This document shows positions 23,631 to 38,013 of a stretch of 64,000 nt of DNA, one piece after another (position 1 is the stretch's first letter; each line of letters opens with the position of its first letter). A program made the translations under genes and the position numbers. A model generated the notes under the pieces. It did no database searches, was not told the origin of the DNA, and was given only the letters and a program-made list of their open reading frames with translations. The stretch covers positions 3,348,001 to 3,412,000 of the forward strand of contig OZ024747.1 of NCBI GenBank assembly GCA_964016885.1. The letters run 5' to 3'. Source of the DNA: Eledone cirrhosa. Taxonomy: Eukaryota.

Positions 23631-26367
23631 GTTAATATATTAGCAAAATATCTTTTTATTACATGCTTACTTTTTGCCTGTTGAAGATACTGTACTAAGA
23701 AAATTACAAATTAACCAATCAGAAAACAGCATGTGAACACTGGAATATTTTGTCAGCTGATTGGTTCATTTTACACAGTAGAATGGTTCTTCACAGTTTT
23801 AGTTTGCTCCCTTACCAAGATACAAATCATATTTACCTAAATATCTCAATGTTCAATCATTAAACATCTGAACATTTTTTAAATGAAAAAATTTATGAAA
23901 AGATTATTTAATTTTATATTATGCTATTTTTATTTGAGGTTTAAGGTTATTGATTTGCTTTTTTTTTACATTTATTTCTCTGTTCTCTTTTTACCTATTA
24001 TCACATCTGTGGATAGTTTCTTTAGTTTCACACATCAATGACGAGCTCATCTTAGTCAGCCTACCATTCATTTGGTTGTTATTCACCATCAAAATATATA
24101 CAACTATTTCCATTGGATTTTCATGAGATTCAAGTTTATTTAATATACAAATCCCAATGTTTATGGGGAAAGTTTCTCTGCTTAAGTTATTTCTTTTTAT
24201 TTTGAAAAACTCTGATACAATTTTCATAAATAATCTGAAAATTCATATAAAACTGATGAGATCCAGTTTAAAATTCAAATACATATTTCAGATTAAAATT
24301 CTATAATTTTTATTATCTTCATTACTAAAAAATAAATATAAAATCGAATAAATAAAATTCTGTAGTCAAATATTTCTGTTTTATTTTGGCTAAAAATAGT
24401 TGGGTATAAAATAGCTTTTCTGGACCAATCCAAATGAAACCTTTTCAAGTTTGAGTGAATTTGGCTGCTATATCTTGCCCTTAGAGGCTGCCTTATTGTC
24501 TCACATGTGTGGTGTATGTGTGTGTTGTACATGTATATGTGTACATGATATGTGTGTGTTAATAGATGCACACAAATATACAAATATACATAGAAACACA
24601 AGTATGTATGAATGTAGTAAGAGTTGCACAAACAACATTATATGTGGCTGTGAACCTGACTCATCAAGCTAGAAACATGTGATAGAAACTAAGAAAGACA
24701 GAGATTTAATTGGCTAATACAATATATTGATGGTGGAGCTACTAATGATATGTGCATGTGTGTGCAATAATAGAACCCTGTAAAATATGCAGATAATGAG
24801 CTAATTTTCTAATAGGATTAGTGCTGTAACTGAAGCCACTGATAGTAAGACAACAGCTCTGTATAACTAGAAGGCATATCTACACATGTTGATATTAATA
24901 GATATCAGTCTTCATATAAAACTTATTTCTCAAGGATACTTACATAGAAATGTGTAATATTATATGATGATAGTTGTTATGTGAAATAAAGAACTTTTTT
25001 TTTTTAAATAGAGAAATAGTAACATATTTTTTCTGGTTTGGTTAATGAAAGAGACATAGGCATGACTTTTTCAGAACCTTTAAGACTGGTAGAAGGAAAT
25101 GTAAAGACTATCCTGAGCTCCACTAGAGACAATCCTGGGTCAGCTGGTAGTATTAAACTAGTTTATGGACTAAGTCTATCACCAAAAAGCAGAAATGTTC
25201 TCTTAGATGGGCTTCCACAGAGTTTCTCACTACCAAAAACACTCACGGCTATCAACAACCTAAGATTATGATAAAAAATGTATCATTTACTCATGATGCT
25301 ACACATAGAGATTGAACTAAAACTACACAGATGCAAGGCAAACATTTTAAGCACATTACCATGTATAGCTATAATGTTAACAACGTCTGTTAGCTAAATT
25401 ATTAGAATGTCAGTATTTTGGTTTTGATCCAATCATTTGAGTTTCATCACACCACCAGTGATGTCCTTAGCTCGATTATCAGGTAGTTGAACTAAACAGA
25501 AGCTATAAATGCTGACATTCTAAACTGCATCTCAGAACAACCAACCAACTATAGGGATAGTTCTGTGGTTAGGTTTACAGCTTTTACATTATCATGCATA
25601 CATGAGCCTTTAACTTATGATTGAACATTTAAACTTGGCAGAGCCCATCCCTGTCTCACTGTGAACACAGCTGATTTCTTTTAGTCAACCAGGGAAGGAT
25701 TTTTCTATCAGGAGTAAGAAGACCCTGGATTTGGATTCTATCCAGGCCTGCAACGACTTTGCCAATCCACCACCTATTTACAATAACAGCATAAAGGAAT
25801 AAAATCATAGGCTTTGTCAAAATAGATGTAAACAGAAATATATGGGTTCAATTACTAGGTGAAATAGTAATTGCTCATAATTGATAGTTATTTTGTGATT
25901 ATAAACAGATTTGGTGCCTTCATTAGGAAAATTGAGCCATGGCTTACTGAACAGATTCAATACTAAATCTCATTTTCAGACTAGTTGATGAGAATATTGT
26001 GCATAGAATATAAAAATCAAGATTGAATTCAAACACTCCACTGAAGAATTTACCAGATGAAAAATCATTTAAAATCAAAAGGTGTTATAGTGAAAAAAAT
26101 TGATTGAAAAAAAAAAGAAGTAAAAATGAAATCGAAGTTATTGTAGAATATAATAATGTTTTCTTCTTTCTGTTTTGGAAATGGTCGGTAGGAGGGGGAG
26201 ATAAAAGTAAGTCTAAAAACAGAAAATAGTTTTGATATGACAAAACCAATGTAAGAAAATAGTAAATGAATAAAATAGCTTGAATGAAAATATGAAAAGA
26301 TTAATGATCTCATTATTTTTTTAATGATTTGAAATATATTCATTAGATGAAGATATATATTTATTAT

Positions 26368-26520
26368 AGGTGGTGAATTGTCAGTCATTAGAACGTCAGA
26401 TAGAATACTTTGCAGTCTTTGTTCGGACTTTCTGAGTTCAAATCCCATGGAGGTCAGCTTTGCCTTTCATCCATTTAAAGTTGATAAAAAAAAGTACCAG
26501 TCTAATACTGGGGTCGATTC
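26368..26520 (+). mobile_element. Diverged SINE A/B
   Basis: gagttcaaatccc...tttgcctttcatcc...gataaa...gtaccag. Confidence 0.7.
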
Positions 26521-26606
26521 TTCCTCTATATCTCTTTCTCATTTCCTCTCTCTCTCACTCTCTATCCTTCTCTGGAAGAAATTTGCTGTATTCAGACCTG
26601 GAGAGG

Positions 26607-26654
<48 letters not shown>

Positions 26655-26738
26655 AAACGTAAACAGAAATAACAACATATTAGGTACAGTATATGGAAGG
26701 GATATATTAGGTTAACGCTTGATGTAGCAGGAAGAGGG

Positions 26739-26774
26739 TCTTAACGTTTCGGACGTTAGTCCTTCATCAGAAGA
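26739..26774 (-). ncRNA. Minimal type-I hammerhead ribozyme motif
   Basis: Minus strand reads TCTT-CTGATGA-A-GGAC(TAAC)GTCC-GAAA-CG-TT-AAGA. Intact core, 4-bp stems I and II, palindromic AACGTT in the stem-III position. Confidence 0.8.
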
Positions 26775-27345
26775 AAGAATGAGAAATAAAATAGATTAAG
26801 GGGACGGACGGGATGGAATTGGAAAAAATGTCTTTAGATAAAAATAATAGGTCCATTCATGTTGACATCTCTTGTGTGTGTGTGTGTATACATGAGATCA
26901 ATTGCCACCATAGTGTGTTTGGGTGTTAGACTTAATCTGTGATTTGCTCTAACATCACCACATGGCCCTTGGGTGCCTATAGTTGAACCTGTCTGTTGCA
27001 AGAATCCATACCATTTCTCAAGTTTGAGGACACTCTCCTTCCCCCTTTTTTTTAAGTAACAAAAAAATATTTGTGTTGATATAAGACTAAAGAGAAATGA
27101 GATTATAACAATCCTGTTGAGAATCAATTGTTGTGTATTTATTTGGGGTTTCATCTGAAGCAGTCTCCACAACAAAACTATTGTTTACATTACATACACA
27201 AATAGATTACTTGAGTTGTGTATTGTAGATGGAATGGTGCATTGTGTGTTGATTCCTTCAAAATATCCGTGTGCTGTCTGTGCTTTTTTTGATTGCAGAA
27301 CACATTTCAGAAGGAGCTTATCTCATATTAAGAAGCATTAATGTG

Positions 27346-27755
27346 CATCATCATCATCATAATCACCACCACCACCACCACCACCACCATCATCATCTTT
27401 ATCATAACCACCACCACCATCACCACCATCTTCATCATAATCACCACCAACACCATCATCATCATCATAATCACCACCACTGCTCTGCCACCATCATCAT
27501 CATCACCAACAGCTTTCATTTCCCACAAAACCATCATCACCACCACTATCACCACCACCACCATCATCATCACCAAAACTCCATTTCCCATGAAACCACA
27601 GCCACTGCCACCACCACTATCATCATCACCAACAACTCCCATTTCCCACGAAACCACCACCATCACCACCCTCCATCATCATCATCATCATCAACAACTC
27701 CCATTTCCCACGAAACCACCACCATCACCACCACTATCATCACCACCCTCCATCC
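27346..27755. repeat. (CAT)/(CAC) low-complexity tract with recurring aactcccatttcccacgaaacc units
   Basis: Direct inspection. Confidence 0.9.
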
Positions 27756-28373
27756 TTATCTTTTTTGCTCTTGTCTCCGTGGATCTTCAGCATCCAGTAT
27801 CTATATCTCATTACCATGCAGCATCACACACTTTATGCATCTTTTATGCAGTTGGACATTCACAAATGAGATGGAATATTTATTTTAAGCAGTATTCAAT
27901 CTATGTTAGCGGATTAATGCTTCCAAATGTTCTACAGCTCTTGGGATAAATTTGGTGGAAGTTAACAGCAGCTAAAAATATATCAGCAATCCTATATAAT
28001 ACCTGCTTAGCAGCTCCTATTATTTTTCTAATCATACAACTGATATAAAAAATGTAGATGAGAGAAAACCATGTCCCAAGTATTAAATATGATTTAACTT
28101 ATTTAGCTATTACTTATCATACAGATGTTGTGTCTGTATCTAAAAAGTACATCTGTAGAAGGATTACAAACAGCTATATGGTTAAAGTGTTGGTTTCCTG
28201 ATTGTAAGGTTGTGAGTTCAATCAACAGACCAGGCAGAACATCGTGGTGTCTTTAAGTAAAGTACATTATTCTATGTTGCTCAGTTTTATGTTTGTCCAC
28301 TCAGTTTAACCCATTAGCATTTAATTCTCTCATCTCTTTCTCTTCAAACTGATCATAACCGCCCACTCATACC

Positions 28374-28665
28374 CATGGTTAGATTTAAACCTTGGGGGAC
28401 CTGGGGCACTTCAGGTTTCGAGGGTCCCTTATACACAAAACATTAGAATATACAGCAAACCCCTAATTTTACATATCAAAATTAGCTTGGTGCAAGTAAC
28501 TGGAATGGAAAAGTTATACATACAGGTATTAAATTAAAAACTTCTAACCATCCTAAAACTAAAAAGCCCAGCTGAGGGCACAAATAAATTGCTATGTTTG
28601 TCACTGGTGGGGCCCCCCACTACAGGGGACCTGTGGAAATTGTGCCCCCATTAAATCCGACCCTG
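28374..28665. mobile_element. hAT-like MITE
   Basis: Imperfect TIRs catggttagatttaa / taaatccgaccctg with GC-rich ggggccc subterminal motifs. No clear TSD. Confidence 0.5.
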
Positions 28666-28798
28666 CTTCCTGACCCTTTGTTTGCCAGGTTCTCTATAGC
28701 TGGATGAATCTGTTTGAGCACCAAAATCACTTAACTATAGAACTATTTAAATTTGAGTAGCATCCATTCTCAACTAAATTTGTCTTAGCTTTATCAAA

Positions 28799-28864
28799 TA
28801 ATTGTTTCTACTTTTGGCACAAGGCCAGCAATTACCCAGTACATTACTGGTACTTTATTTTATC
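28799..28864 (-). mobile_element. SINE A 3' fragment
   Basis: Reverse complement of the SINE tail. Confidence 0.8.
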
Positions 28865-30439
28865 ATCTCAGAATTTAACAACACAACCTAATGCATCTGT
28901 GTGTGTATATTCCCTCTCAATCTCACTCTTTTTTCTCTTTCTTACTGTCTGTATCCGCCAGTCTATGTTTCTCTCTCTCCCCCTCTCTCTATCTACGCCC
29001 CCACCTATATCTCTCTCACACACACAGCACATACTAAATATTTCATGTCTTGATGGAGAACTCTTTATTTGAACCAGATCAATTGTTCATACAGATGTCA
29101 TCTGCATTGTAACTGAGTTTGAACCAGTTTGCTTTGATACCTCTGGCAAATAGTTATTTATAATACTGCATTGCATGGACTAATGCTCTTCATATTCAAT
29201 GCTTGCAGTCATTCTTGGTAATTGCATGGTTTCTGCTTCAAATCTTAGTAATGCTTTCCTTTGGTTATGTTTGTTACTACATTGAGCAATGCCTTCTGGT
29301 CACTGTACGAATGAATTGGAAAGTAAATTCAATAATAATGTGCTTCCTACTGTCATGAGTCTGATGAGAATTAAGCACTTACAAGGAAATTGTAATGATA
29401 TGGTAGACTGCACTTGGCATCTCTAACATTTAACTTGAAACAGTAATTACTAATATTGACATTTAAAAAAAAAATCAACTTCATATTTAATCTATTTTTT
29501 TATTTTTTCACCACTGAAATTAAATAAAAAAAAAATAACTGGAAATCAGAGAAACAAGCAATTCCAACCAACCAGCTAATCAATTTTCAATTCTAGTCAT
29601 AAAAAAGCCTTCAAACTGCAAATATTTTTGTGAGAGACTAAAATAAACTATAATATTAACAAATAATTATCCGAAAATATCTGAATAATTTGTTACAGAT
29701 ATAACCCAATTGGTTGTTAGTGGTGAAAAAAAAAAAATTACGCATTCCATATATTGGCTGAAATATTTGAAGATTGCAAGAATGAATAGCATAAAATTCC
29801 ATAGAAACAAAATGCAAAAAGCAATGGTTGAATTGCTTTTCCTGTTGGACAATTGCAAACATTTGCAACTGAAATATTTTTTTTGTTAATATGAAGTGAT
29901 TGTTATTGATATAGTAATTTAATATAAAAAAAGAAATTCGATTCACTGGAAAAGTACATCATATCTTTTTTAATACACCTCTTGCATGTTATTTCTATTT
30001 TCACTTAAAATTATATTTACAATCTCTCTATCATTATCATATGACTACTATTACTACTTCTATCAGCATCTCTTCTGTTGACACCACCTCTATCAGCACC
30101 TCTACCACCACCACTACTACCAATATTACTACCTCAATCACCACTACTATCAGCACCACCACTACTACTACTAATATTACCACCTCAATCACCATAACCA
30201 CTTATACCACTTATACCACTTTATCAGCACCACCATAGTACTACCTCTATCAGCACCACCACAACCAATTTTACCAGAACTATTAACACTTCTATCAACA
30301 CCACTACTATCATCATGTCTACTACCACCTGTAACACCACCACTATTGGTGTCTCTATTACAACTACCACTACCACCATTATTACCACTTCTATCACCAC
30401 CACACGGTTGTTCATGTCCTTAGTTTGAACATTTATTTC

Positions 30440-30790
30440 TCTTTACAATGTCTCTGTTAGATTGCTAGCCACGTCAACAAAATGTACTGGGTACAGACAT
30501 GTGATTAGAATGTCTCACGAAAGAATTGCTGGACAGATTTTACAGGCAAAACCAGCCAGTGGGAGAGATAGTGGTAGGCCCCTAGCAAGATGGTTGGATT
30601 ATATCTATGAGATTGACAGGACTCGCTTGGGGATCGAGCTGGATTAATTGCAGTTGGTTGCTTCTGACAGGACGCACTGGAAGGAGTTTTTGAGGACTCT
30701 GTCCCGATGACCCTCTCAGGAAGAAGTGGGCGAAGAAGGAGGAAGAAAATGAGAATGATAAGGAGAAGGAGGAAGAGGAGAAGAAAGAGA
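30440..30790 (+). mobile_element. RTE-type LINE 3' end
   Basis: HVIRMSHERIAGQILQAKP..GR..GRP..RWLDYI followed by a GAA/GAG-rich tail. Confidence 0.7.
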
Positions 30791-31979
30791 AGACTACAAC
30801 ATTTTATCATGGCACCAATACAGTAATCAGAGAGAGATCCATTTACCATTTCATATAATAAGGCTACAGTTTACCAACATGAACAAATGGTAAACACCCT
30901 TAACTACTATTATTGATGTAATCTTCATGAAGTTTTCACTTGTATTACATACACAAAAATAAATTTCTCGTTAATGTTTGTGTCTTGGTTACTCATGGTC
31001 TTTGTCTCCTGGTCAATTATGACCTTTCAGTCAAGAGATATTTTTTTCTGTTTTCTTTGATAATCTTTTATCTATTTGATTTTGGTCAATCTTTCTGTAA
31101 GTTGTAAACATTTATTTTATTCAAATGTCACTTTTTACAATGTAGAAACTATCAGTCTGAGAAAAAGACCATCTTGAAACCAATCCTTAAAAAACTACCA
31201 AGATTGGAAGTTCAATAGTTGATTACAGGTCTACCAAATATAAATACAATCTTTGACTACATGGAAGGTACGAAAATATTCAACAAAAGAAATGTCTAAC
31301 TGTTTTATAGCTTCCCTTCTTTCCTATTTTCCTTTTCCTATTTATAATCTCCCTAACATTGGGCTCCTTCAATATTTTTATTTTATTTTATTTTTTCCTT
31401 CTTTGATATTTTTTATTACTTGTTTCACTAGCTTTTTTGATTACCAACTGTAAGGAGTACTCAATACTTCCCCTAGTCTGTCATGGCTTACTAGCTCTGT
31501 ATGGACGTTTAAATTGAATAAATAAAGGCATAAATAAATGCATAAATAAATACATTCCATTCTCTCCTCTTCTTGTTCATCTCCTCAAAGAAAAGTTTGT
31601 ATTCTGAGAAATATTACAGCATCTGATGGAGTACTTAACAGTATTGGTTAGTATCATAGCTCTAAATTCTGAATTCAATTTCCTCCCTAGGTAGACTTAA
31701 TCTGCTACCTGGTATTTTACTACAATCTGGTGGTTAGGTGCTTTCAGTAGTGTCCACTCTATTGCAAATATTCAGACCAGCTCATCAGTCTGTTAGGAAG
31801 ATGTGGGATAGTTAATCACAATCTTGGAAATCCTGCTAAGTGTCATGGGTGGTATTTTTCATATTTAAACTAAACCATTATAAAATAAAAAGAGACACTT
31901 TATCTTTCCATCCTACACCCCTAAAATATTCTTGACTTCCTTTGATTGACTTAAGTATTTATTATTAACCTTTTAGGGA

Positions 31980-32128
31980 TTAAGTTACAAATCCCACCAC
32001 GATAAGCTTTGCCTTTCATCCTTACGGGGTTGATAAAATAAAGTACCAGTAATGCGCTGAGGTCAATTTAATTGACTTTCCCCTCCCCAAAATTGTTGGC
32101 CTTGTGCCTAAATCAAAAACCATTATTA
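31980..32128 (+). mobile_element. SINE (B-type 3' end)
   Basis: Shared core plus the B-type tail. Confidence 0.75.
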
Positions 32129-33210
32129 TCCTTTTAGGTTGTGTTCAAATCTCACAGAAGTCAATTGTGTATTTCAGTGTCTACTCTGTTGTAACCCTTC
32201 AAAGCAGGCCTCCAGTTTGATGATACCTTCTTTTTTACATTCCACAAGTCTTGGAGGCCTTGTAAGTGGCTATGGAAACTGCCCTTCTATCTCTGATTAA
32301 AACTAAAACAGTAAAAAGTTATGGAGTTTGAAGATTTCACTTATCCTTCTTCCACAACATATTTAAGACTTAAGAAATAAAATAAACCAATTATTTAGTA
32401 GACAATGGCATAGATTATATATTAATTTTCCATACTTGGGATATCATCATCAAGACTGAGATCAATTTCTCTTTGTTATATCGAAGAAGATTTTTTTTCA
32501 TATGAAAATCTCATCTATATATATCTAAATAATATATTTTTATAATGTCACAATGATGATACCACAATCATTAGTATTTCGATTACTTCAATTGATACTA
32601 CCAGTACTTTTTCTATTGTTCCACTCTTAACATGAGATACTTCAGCAGCTGCTGCTGTATCCATAACCTAAACCATTCTTACTGCTTACATTACACCCTC
32701 CCTCCTCCTCACCATATCTATTATTGTTCATATATTAATTTACCAAACATCTTTGTTCATCTTTCATTGAATGTATTTGTTTGTTTGGCAAGTAATTTGA
32801 TCTCAGATCATGTATTAAAACTAAAACAATAGCAGCATCATATTAGCTATTTAAACCTATTGTTTGTTTTTTTGTCATAATAATATATATTATTAAGTAT
32901 CTTTCATTATATGCAACATAGCTGAATACTAGATGCAGCATGACTGAATTGTCAAGAAGCCTGCTTCATAACCATCATTTCCTAGGTCTATTCCTGCTGT
33001 TGGGTATCTTGGGTAATTGTTTTTTTTACTATAGCTCCAATTGAGAGTAAAATTGGATTGCCAGAAACTTATTGGAAGTTTGTCATCAGGTGGGTGGTAC
33101 AAGTAATTCACGAGGCTTTCATTGTAACATACTATTTTATGCTGAATTTCCCTGAGAATTACATTAAGGTTACACGTGTCTGTTGAATAATCAGCTATTT
33201 AATTGTTGAT

Positions 33211-33469
33211 TTAAACCTTTTAATACCAAACCTCTTGAAACTACCCTGGGTTTTATGATACAAAGTTGTTTATTTTAAAGTGTTTATATATATTTAAAAA
33301 TCTCCTGTCGTAATGTTATGTAAGAACCGTTTTTAAGTTATTTTCCAAATACTGACCAAACAAAAAAAAATTTAGTTTATATTAAATCTCTTCAAATTCT
33401 TGATTATTTTCAAAATTATTAAAACTCAGACAGTTTTTTTTCTTGTAAATATAGTAATAAAAGGGTTAA
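33211..33469. mobile_element. Second TTAA-flanked MITE family (partial copies near 1611 and 51750-51953)
   Basis: ttaaaccttttaatac ... gtaataaaagggttaa. Similar ends at 1611 (ttaacccttttgatacc) and ~51940 (ggttataaaagggttaa). Confidence 0.55.
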
Positions 33470-34618
33470 TAAGTAGACTATTCTGTTGATCAAACATCTG
33501 GTACTCTCAGCATTGTTACTGACATGGTCAACCAACACCCCTAATTTGAATAAGTTGTTCAATGAAACAAAAACTATTTTTGAGAGAGAATTCATTCATT
33601 TAAAAGAATATATTAAAAAATGATATTAAATGACATTTTATCTCATGGTACTGCAAGATATTTTAACAAAACTTGTTTTGGGAAACATTATTTTTGACAG
33701 AATTCCAACCATAATTTGGAAATCAGAATCTAAGCTTTACACATACAGTAGATAAAGCAAATATCTCACAAAGGAATCCATGAAAGGGATTCTCTACAAA
33801 GTCACTGATATACTAGAAATAGCAACTAAAAGTGCCTCGAATCACATCCAACCACCTTAAAAAAGGAAGAAACAAATTTATTAATGTTACTCTTGATAAA
33901 AAAAAAGAAAAAAGATTTTCCAGTTATGGAAGGAATGCTTTGATCTCAGTCTTCATCAGTCAACTCTTACTTAAAGCTAAAGTTAGAAACTGAAGAAGAT
34001 TTAAGCCTGTAAGTGGGTTTCTACATAGCTAAACACCCTTCTATAACAGTCAATTATTGGTTTTGAAACTGAAGCAAAAAAAAATGCATTCAACATTGGT
34101 CCATACCAAAACTAAAATGCTTGTGGCTACTAAAAAAAAAAACAATGCATTGTTCACATTTCTCGAGTTCATTATATTTTCATTAAATTGTGAACAATAG
34201 TAAATATCTAAATACCTAAGATGAATTGTTATTATAATTAGAATTAATTATTTTCATCAAATGAAACATAAAAAGTATTTTATCTTTAGAGATGAAACAT
34301 TTAAAATATTTACAATCTACCAATCTACATTACATTTCAAGTAGATTTATCTGCAATCTTCATTGGTTGTTTTACTCCTATTTCATAACTAGACAAAAGC
34401 CAACAATTTCTGCCTCTTTTACCATTCTCTATTGTTCAGGGTTTGTTAGTCTCATGACACCTTATCTCAGCTACTTCCAACTTAATTGTTTCTCTTCCCA
34501 TGTTGTGTACAACCATCCAAATTATATACTAACCCCTTTGCTCTGTCCTTCTTACCTAGAATATCAGTTCTCTGGAACTCCTTTCATGCTTTTCCACATG
34601 TAACAGACTCACAATGGT

Positions 34619-34842
34619 TTAACCCGTTAGCATTTACATTATTATTGTATTTTTGTGATAAGGGCTTTATCTCACATAATTGTCTCACATAATATCGAAT
34701 CTATGAGATTTTGATAATGTTATTAATTATTTTGAGAACAATACCTTAATGTTGGTGTAAGTGGTCAGTTATGGCTGGTTTGAACAGAAAGAGGTGAGAG
34801 AATTCTGGCCGGATATGGCCAGTTTAAATGCTAAAGGGTTAA
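34619..34842. mobile_element. piggyBac-type MITE
   Basis: TTAA-cccgttagcattta ... taaatgctaaaggg-TTAA. A homologue in the opposite orientation lies at 51284-51503. Confidence 0.8.
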
Positions 34843-35549
34843 GTGTAAGATCAACTGCATCAATCTCTCTTGTAGGACCTGTGAAGGCCACAGATACTTC
34901 TACTTCCTCCAGACCTAATAAGTGGTCTTAGTCTCAAGGCAAGTCATTCATCTGGTCAGTGATTATTCTGGTTTCCGTGGCTTCAAATGACTAATAATAC
35001 AACATCCTACTGGATGCCAGTTCAATAGAGATTTAAACCCTCAGATTTAGCTGCAGTTTCTAACTGGTTTAGTGACCACATACGGTTGTTGTCATGTATG
35101 TGTAGAGAGTAGAAATGACTTAAAACGTGATGACAAAGTGTCAGCACTAACTGTTTAAATCGTTTGTCTTGCAAGGATACTTCTACTGTTCCCATAGTAA
35201 CATTCTAAATGGTGTGTTTTATTTAATTTCTGTCATGTGATAAATCCTCTTGCTTATAGATTCTATGTTATTTGACAACTCTGTAAGATAGGGGCCTCTA
35301 GAAACAGCTGGATGATGTGTGATGATGCTAGCTAACCACATTTAGGTGTAAACAAATGTTTTTCCTCTAAACTCAAACTATGAACAGGATAGACCAAGCA
35401 CATAGTGAGTTAAGTGAGAAACCCAACACATGTGTATGAACATGTCAGTGATATGATGTAGTTATCATTATCTTATATATATATACACATATATATATAT
35501 ATATAAATATGCGTGTGTGTGTGTATATACACACATATATATATATATA

Positions 35550-35815
35550 CGATATTAACAAATGGAAACTATATTTATAAAACCATATTTATTTCATTAT
35601 ACATATTTCAAGGATACCAAGTTAAATTATGGTATGCCTTCATCAGACAAAATACAATATATACCAGTTTTATAAATAAACATTGACGTACCCTTTCAAA
35701 ATGCGACCGTTAGTTTTTAATATCGTATATCTACTCCAAATACTTGTCGAGTGCTTTATATCAGTTATAAAATATTTACTTGTTGTATCCCAACAATTTA
35801 AATAGAACTTTTTGC
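35550..35815 (-). mobile_element. Short TA-flanked repeat carrying a hammerhead motif; an internally deleted copy lies at 42921-43022
   Basis: Both copies share cgatattaa...ggaaactatatttataaaaccatatttatttcatta and gttgta.cccaacaatttaaata, and both lie between TA runs. Confidence 0.65.
35591..35653 (-). ncRNA. Hammerhead-like motif in a short TA-flanked element
   Basis: Minus strand reads ATTTTGT-CTGATGA-AGGCATACC(12 nt)GGTATCCTT-GAAA-TATGTA-TA-ATGAAAT. Stem I has 7 pairs including G-U wobbles. Near-palindrome ATATGTAT. Confidence 0.55.
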
Positions 35816-36363
35816 ATATATATATATATATATATATGTGTGTATATATATATGTGTGTGTGTACATATATATATGTGTGTGTGTTTATGTGTATGTGTG
35901 TGTGCACATCTAGATATGTATATAATGATGATAATGATTGTGATGATGATAGCTGCATCATGTCACTATATATAAGCAGTTTTTCTGAGTTATTACTGTC
36001 ATATATATATATACACACACATATATATAAACACACATATATATATGTATTAATTGGATTTTAGTCTTCAAATTTATTATTATTACTATATATATATATA
36101 TATATATATATTAGTTTTGCGAGGTTTTTTATATGAAATCGTGTGTCGAAACAAATATTGTTATACTTGGGGAGGGTCATATTTGTGTAATATTGCCAGA
36201 ATTAGTAACAGAACACACTCACTGTTTGGTTGGTTTTCGCTTCTCGCTTCTGTGTCTTTTATATCGGTAATCTAATTTACTTGGTCCTCAATGTTGCCAT
36301 TGACTGACCGACGGTCAAAAATAATACAGATACAATATAGACACAAACACATATATATAGTTT

Positions 36364-36405
36364 ATCATAAATCTTTCGTTGCCCATCTGCAACATCGTCA
36401 GTGGT
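36364..36405 (-). ncRNA. PLE-associated hammerhead motif (left arm)
   Basis: Reverse-complement copy of 38711-38752 with one substitution in stem II. Confidence 0.55.
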
Positions 36406-36648
36406 GTTATATTATCCTCCTGTTGTATTGTATGTCTACGCCATTTTTATTCAGTCTGTCTATATATTTATTTACTTATTTATTTGCTTGTTTGTTTATT
36501 TTATTTTGTCTTCTTTGCGCATGCGTTTGCGTGTGTGTATAGTGTTTTGTTTGCTGTGTGATGGGTGACTAGTGTGTGTTTATGTGCCTGTTGTTATTGT
36601 GCTTGTGTATGTATTTATTTATTTATTTATTTTATTTTATTTACTTAT

Positions 36649-38013
36649 TTATACTTCTCTTAGGTCAGTGTTGTTTGTTTGGGTGTTGTTATTCCATTCA
36701 TTCTTTCTGTTTAGCCTTGGTCTTCTAATTTCTATTTCACTGGCCTCTCTGATTTGCCTATCTGCTGGGTAATTTCTATGTTTAGATATTATTCTAATTT
36801 CTATGTTGTCTATGTTACCGTCATGTTGTTGTCTAGCATGTTCGTATAGTACTGACCCGTTTTTTCGTCCTTTTAGTTCCCCCCAGTGTTGGTCTATCCT
36901 TTCACCTATGCTACGAGCTGTCTCACCTATGTATGTTGTTGTCATGTTTCTGCAGGTACCCTCTGTACATCTTATGCTATAGACTACATTTCTAATTTTA
37001 CAGTTTATCCGGGGGTTCACCTTACATATGATACATTACCTATTGGTACAGTGGGTTTTCTTAAAAGGGTAGGTTTTGCTGATCAGGGATTTTATGGTGG
37101 CTCCTGGCTTTTCTACCACCGTTATTTTTAAGTGGGTCTTTCTCAGGACCTTTCTACACTGGTTAGCTAATTTCCCTCCAGGGGTAGCGTCCACAAACAT
37201 GACACTCTGGTATCTCTGGTTGTCGTACCATGAGGTGGCTTTCCCTATCTTATGTCTAGCCCTATCTAAACTATTCCATGGTTTGCTCCTGTATAATGGG
37301 CAAATTCCTTTCATATCCAGTTCTATGAGGGTCTTATACTTCTCCATGGCTCCTTCGTATACTCTGACTCTGTCTCTTTGGTTGTAGCCAGAGAACTGCA
37401 TGCGATTGATGAAGTGTTGGATGTGTCTTTCCATTTCTGTTGGGTCGCACATGCGGGACACATTCTTCATCACCCGTACCAAATCTGCGATCAGAATATT
37501 AAACTTAGCACTACTGGTCATTGCTGAGTTTTTGAGTATCAGGTATTTGGAGGCCATGGGTTTAGCATAGTGTGAGTGGAGAATTTGGGCTCTTTCGTCT
37601 ATAGTGTTAATCCAGAGTTCTGTGTCTAACACAGGTAGTCTACTGTTAGGGTGTTTGGAAGGGAAGTCGATAGTTACAGTTATACTCTGGTGTATGGAAT
37701 TAGCTATCTGCTGGATGCTTTCCATTGTGCTACGTTCTAATTCAAACTTGTTAGTGCTCTCTAGTGGGGGTGTTCTTATAACTATATTGATATCGTCTAC
37801 ATAACGAGAGTACATGATGAGGTCTATGGAGCTCTCATTAAGGAGATCTTTAAGTCTCCTTTCCCACCATACCATGAAAAGGTTGGCAACATCACCAGCT
37901 ATGCTGACGCCGATGGCTGCTCCCTCATTTTGGGTGTAGATCTTCTCGTTAAACTTAAATATGTGGCCCTTTAGGGTAGTTTTGATACTAGCCCCTATTG
38001 CATGTGCGACCAT
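36649..38013 (-). pseudogene. PLE reverse transcriptase (C-terminal part) plus Cys-rich linker plus GIY-YIG endonuclease, with one premature stop
   Basis: Motifs QNEGAAIG, RYVDD, LPVLD, RMQFSGY, then VVYSIRC...YIGETARS...ER..QH...EH. ORFs 37036-38013 and 36649-37020 are in the same frame. The TAA at 37036-37038 reads AAA in the inverted arm. Confidence 0.9.

Noticed and set aside
23713-23766. Inverted CCAAT pair (aaccaatcag...ctgattggtt); a similar pair at 49120-49212
   Set aside because: Too short to call a promoter, and no associated exon.
24253-24275. Other CTGATGA/TCATCAG hits (also ~9180, 29361, 33953, 62242)
   Set aside because: No stem II followed by GAAA and no stem I; expected by chance in AT-rich DNA.
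27271-27949. His-rich and Thr/Ile-rich ORFs
   Set aside because: (CAT/CAC)n low complexity that is open in several frames, with no splice support.
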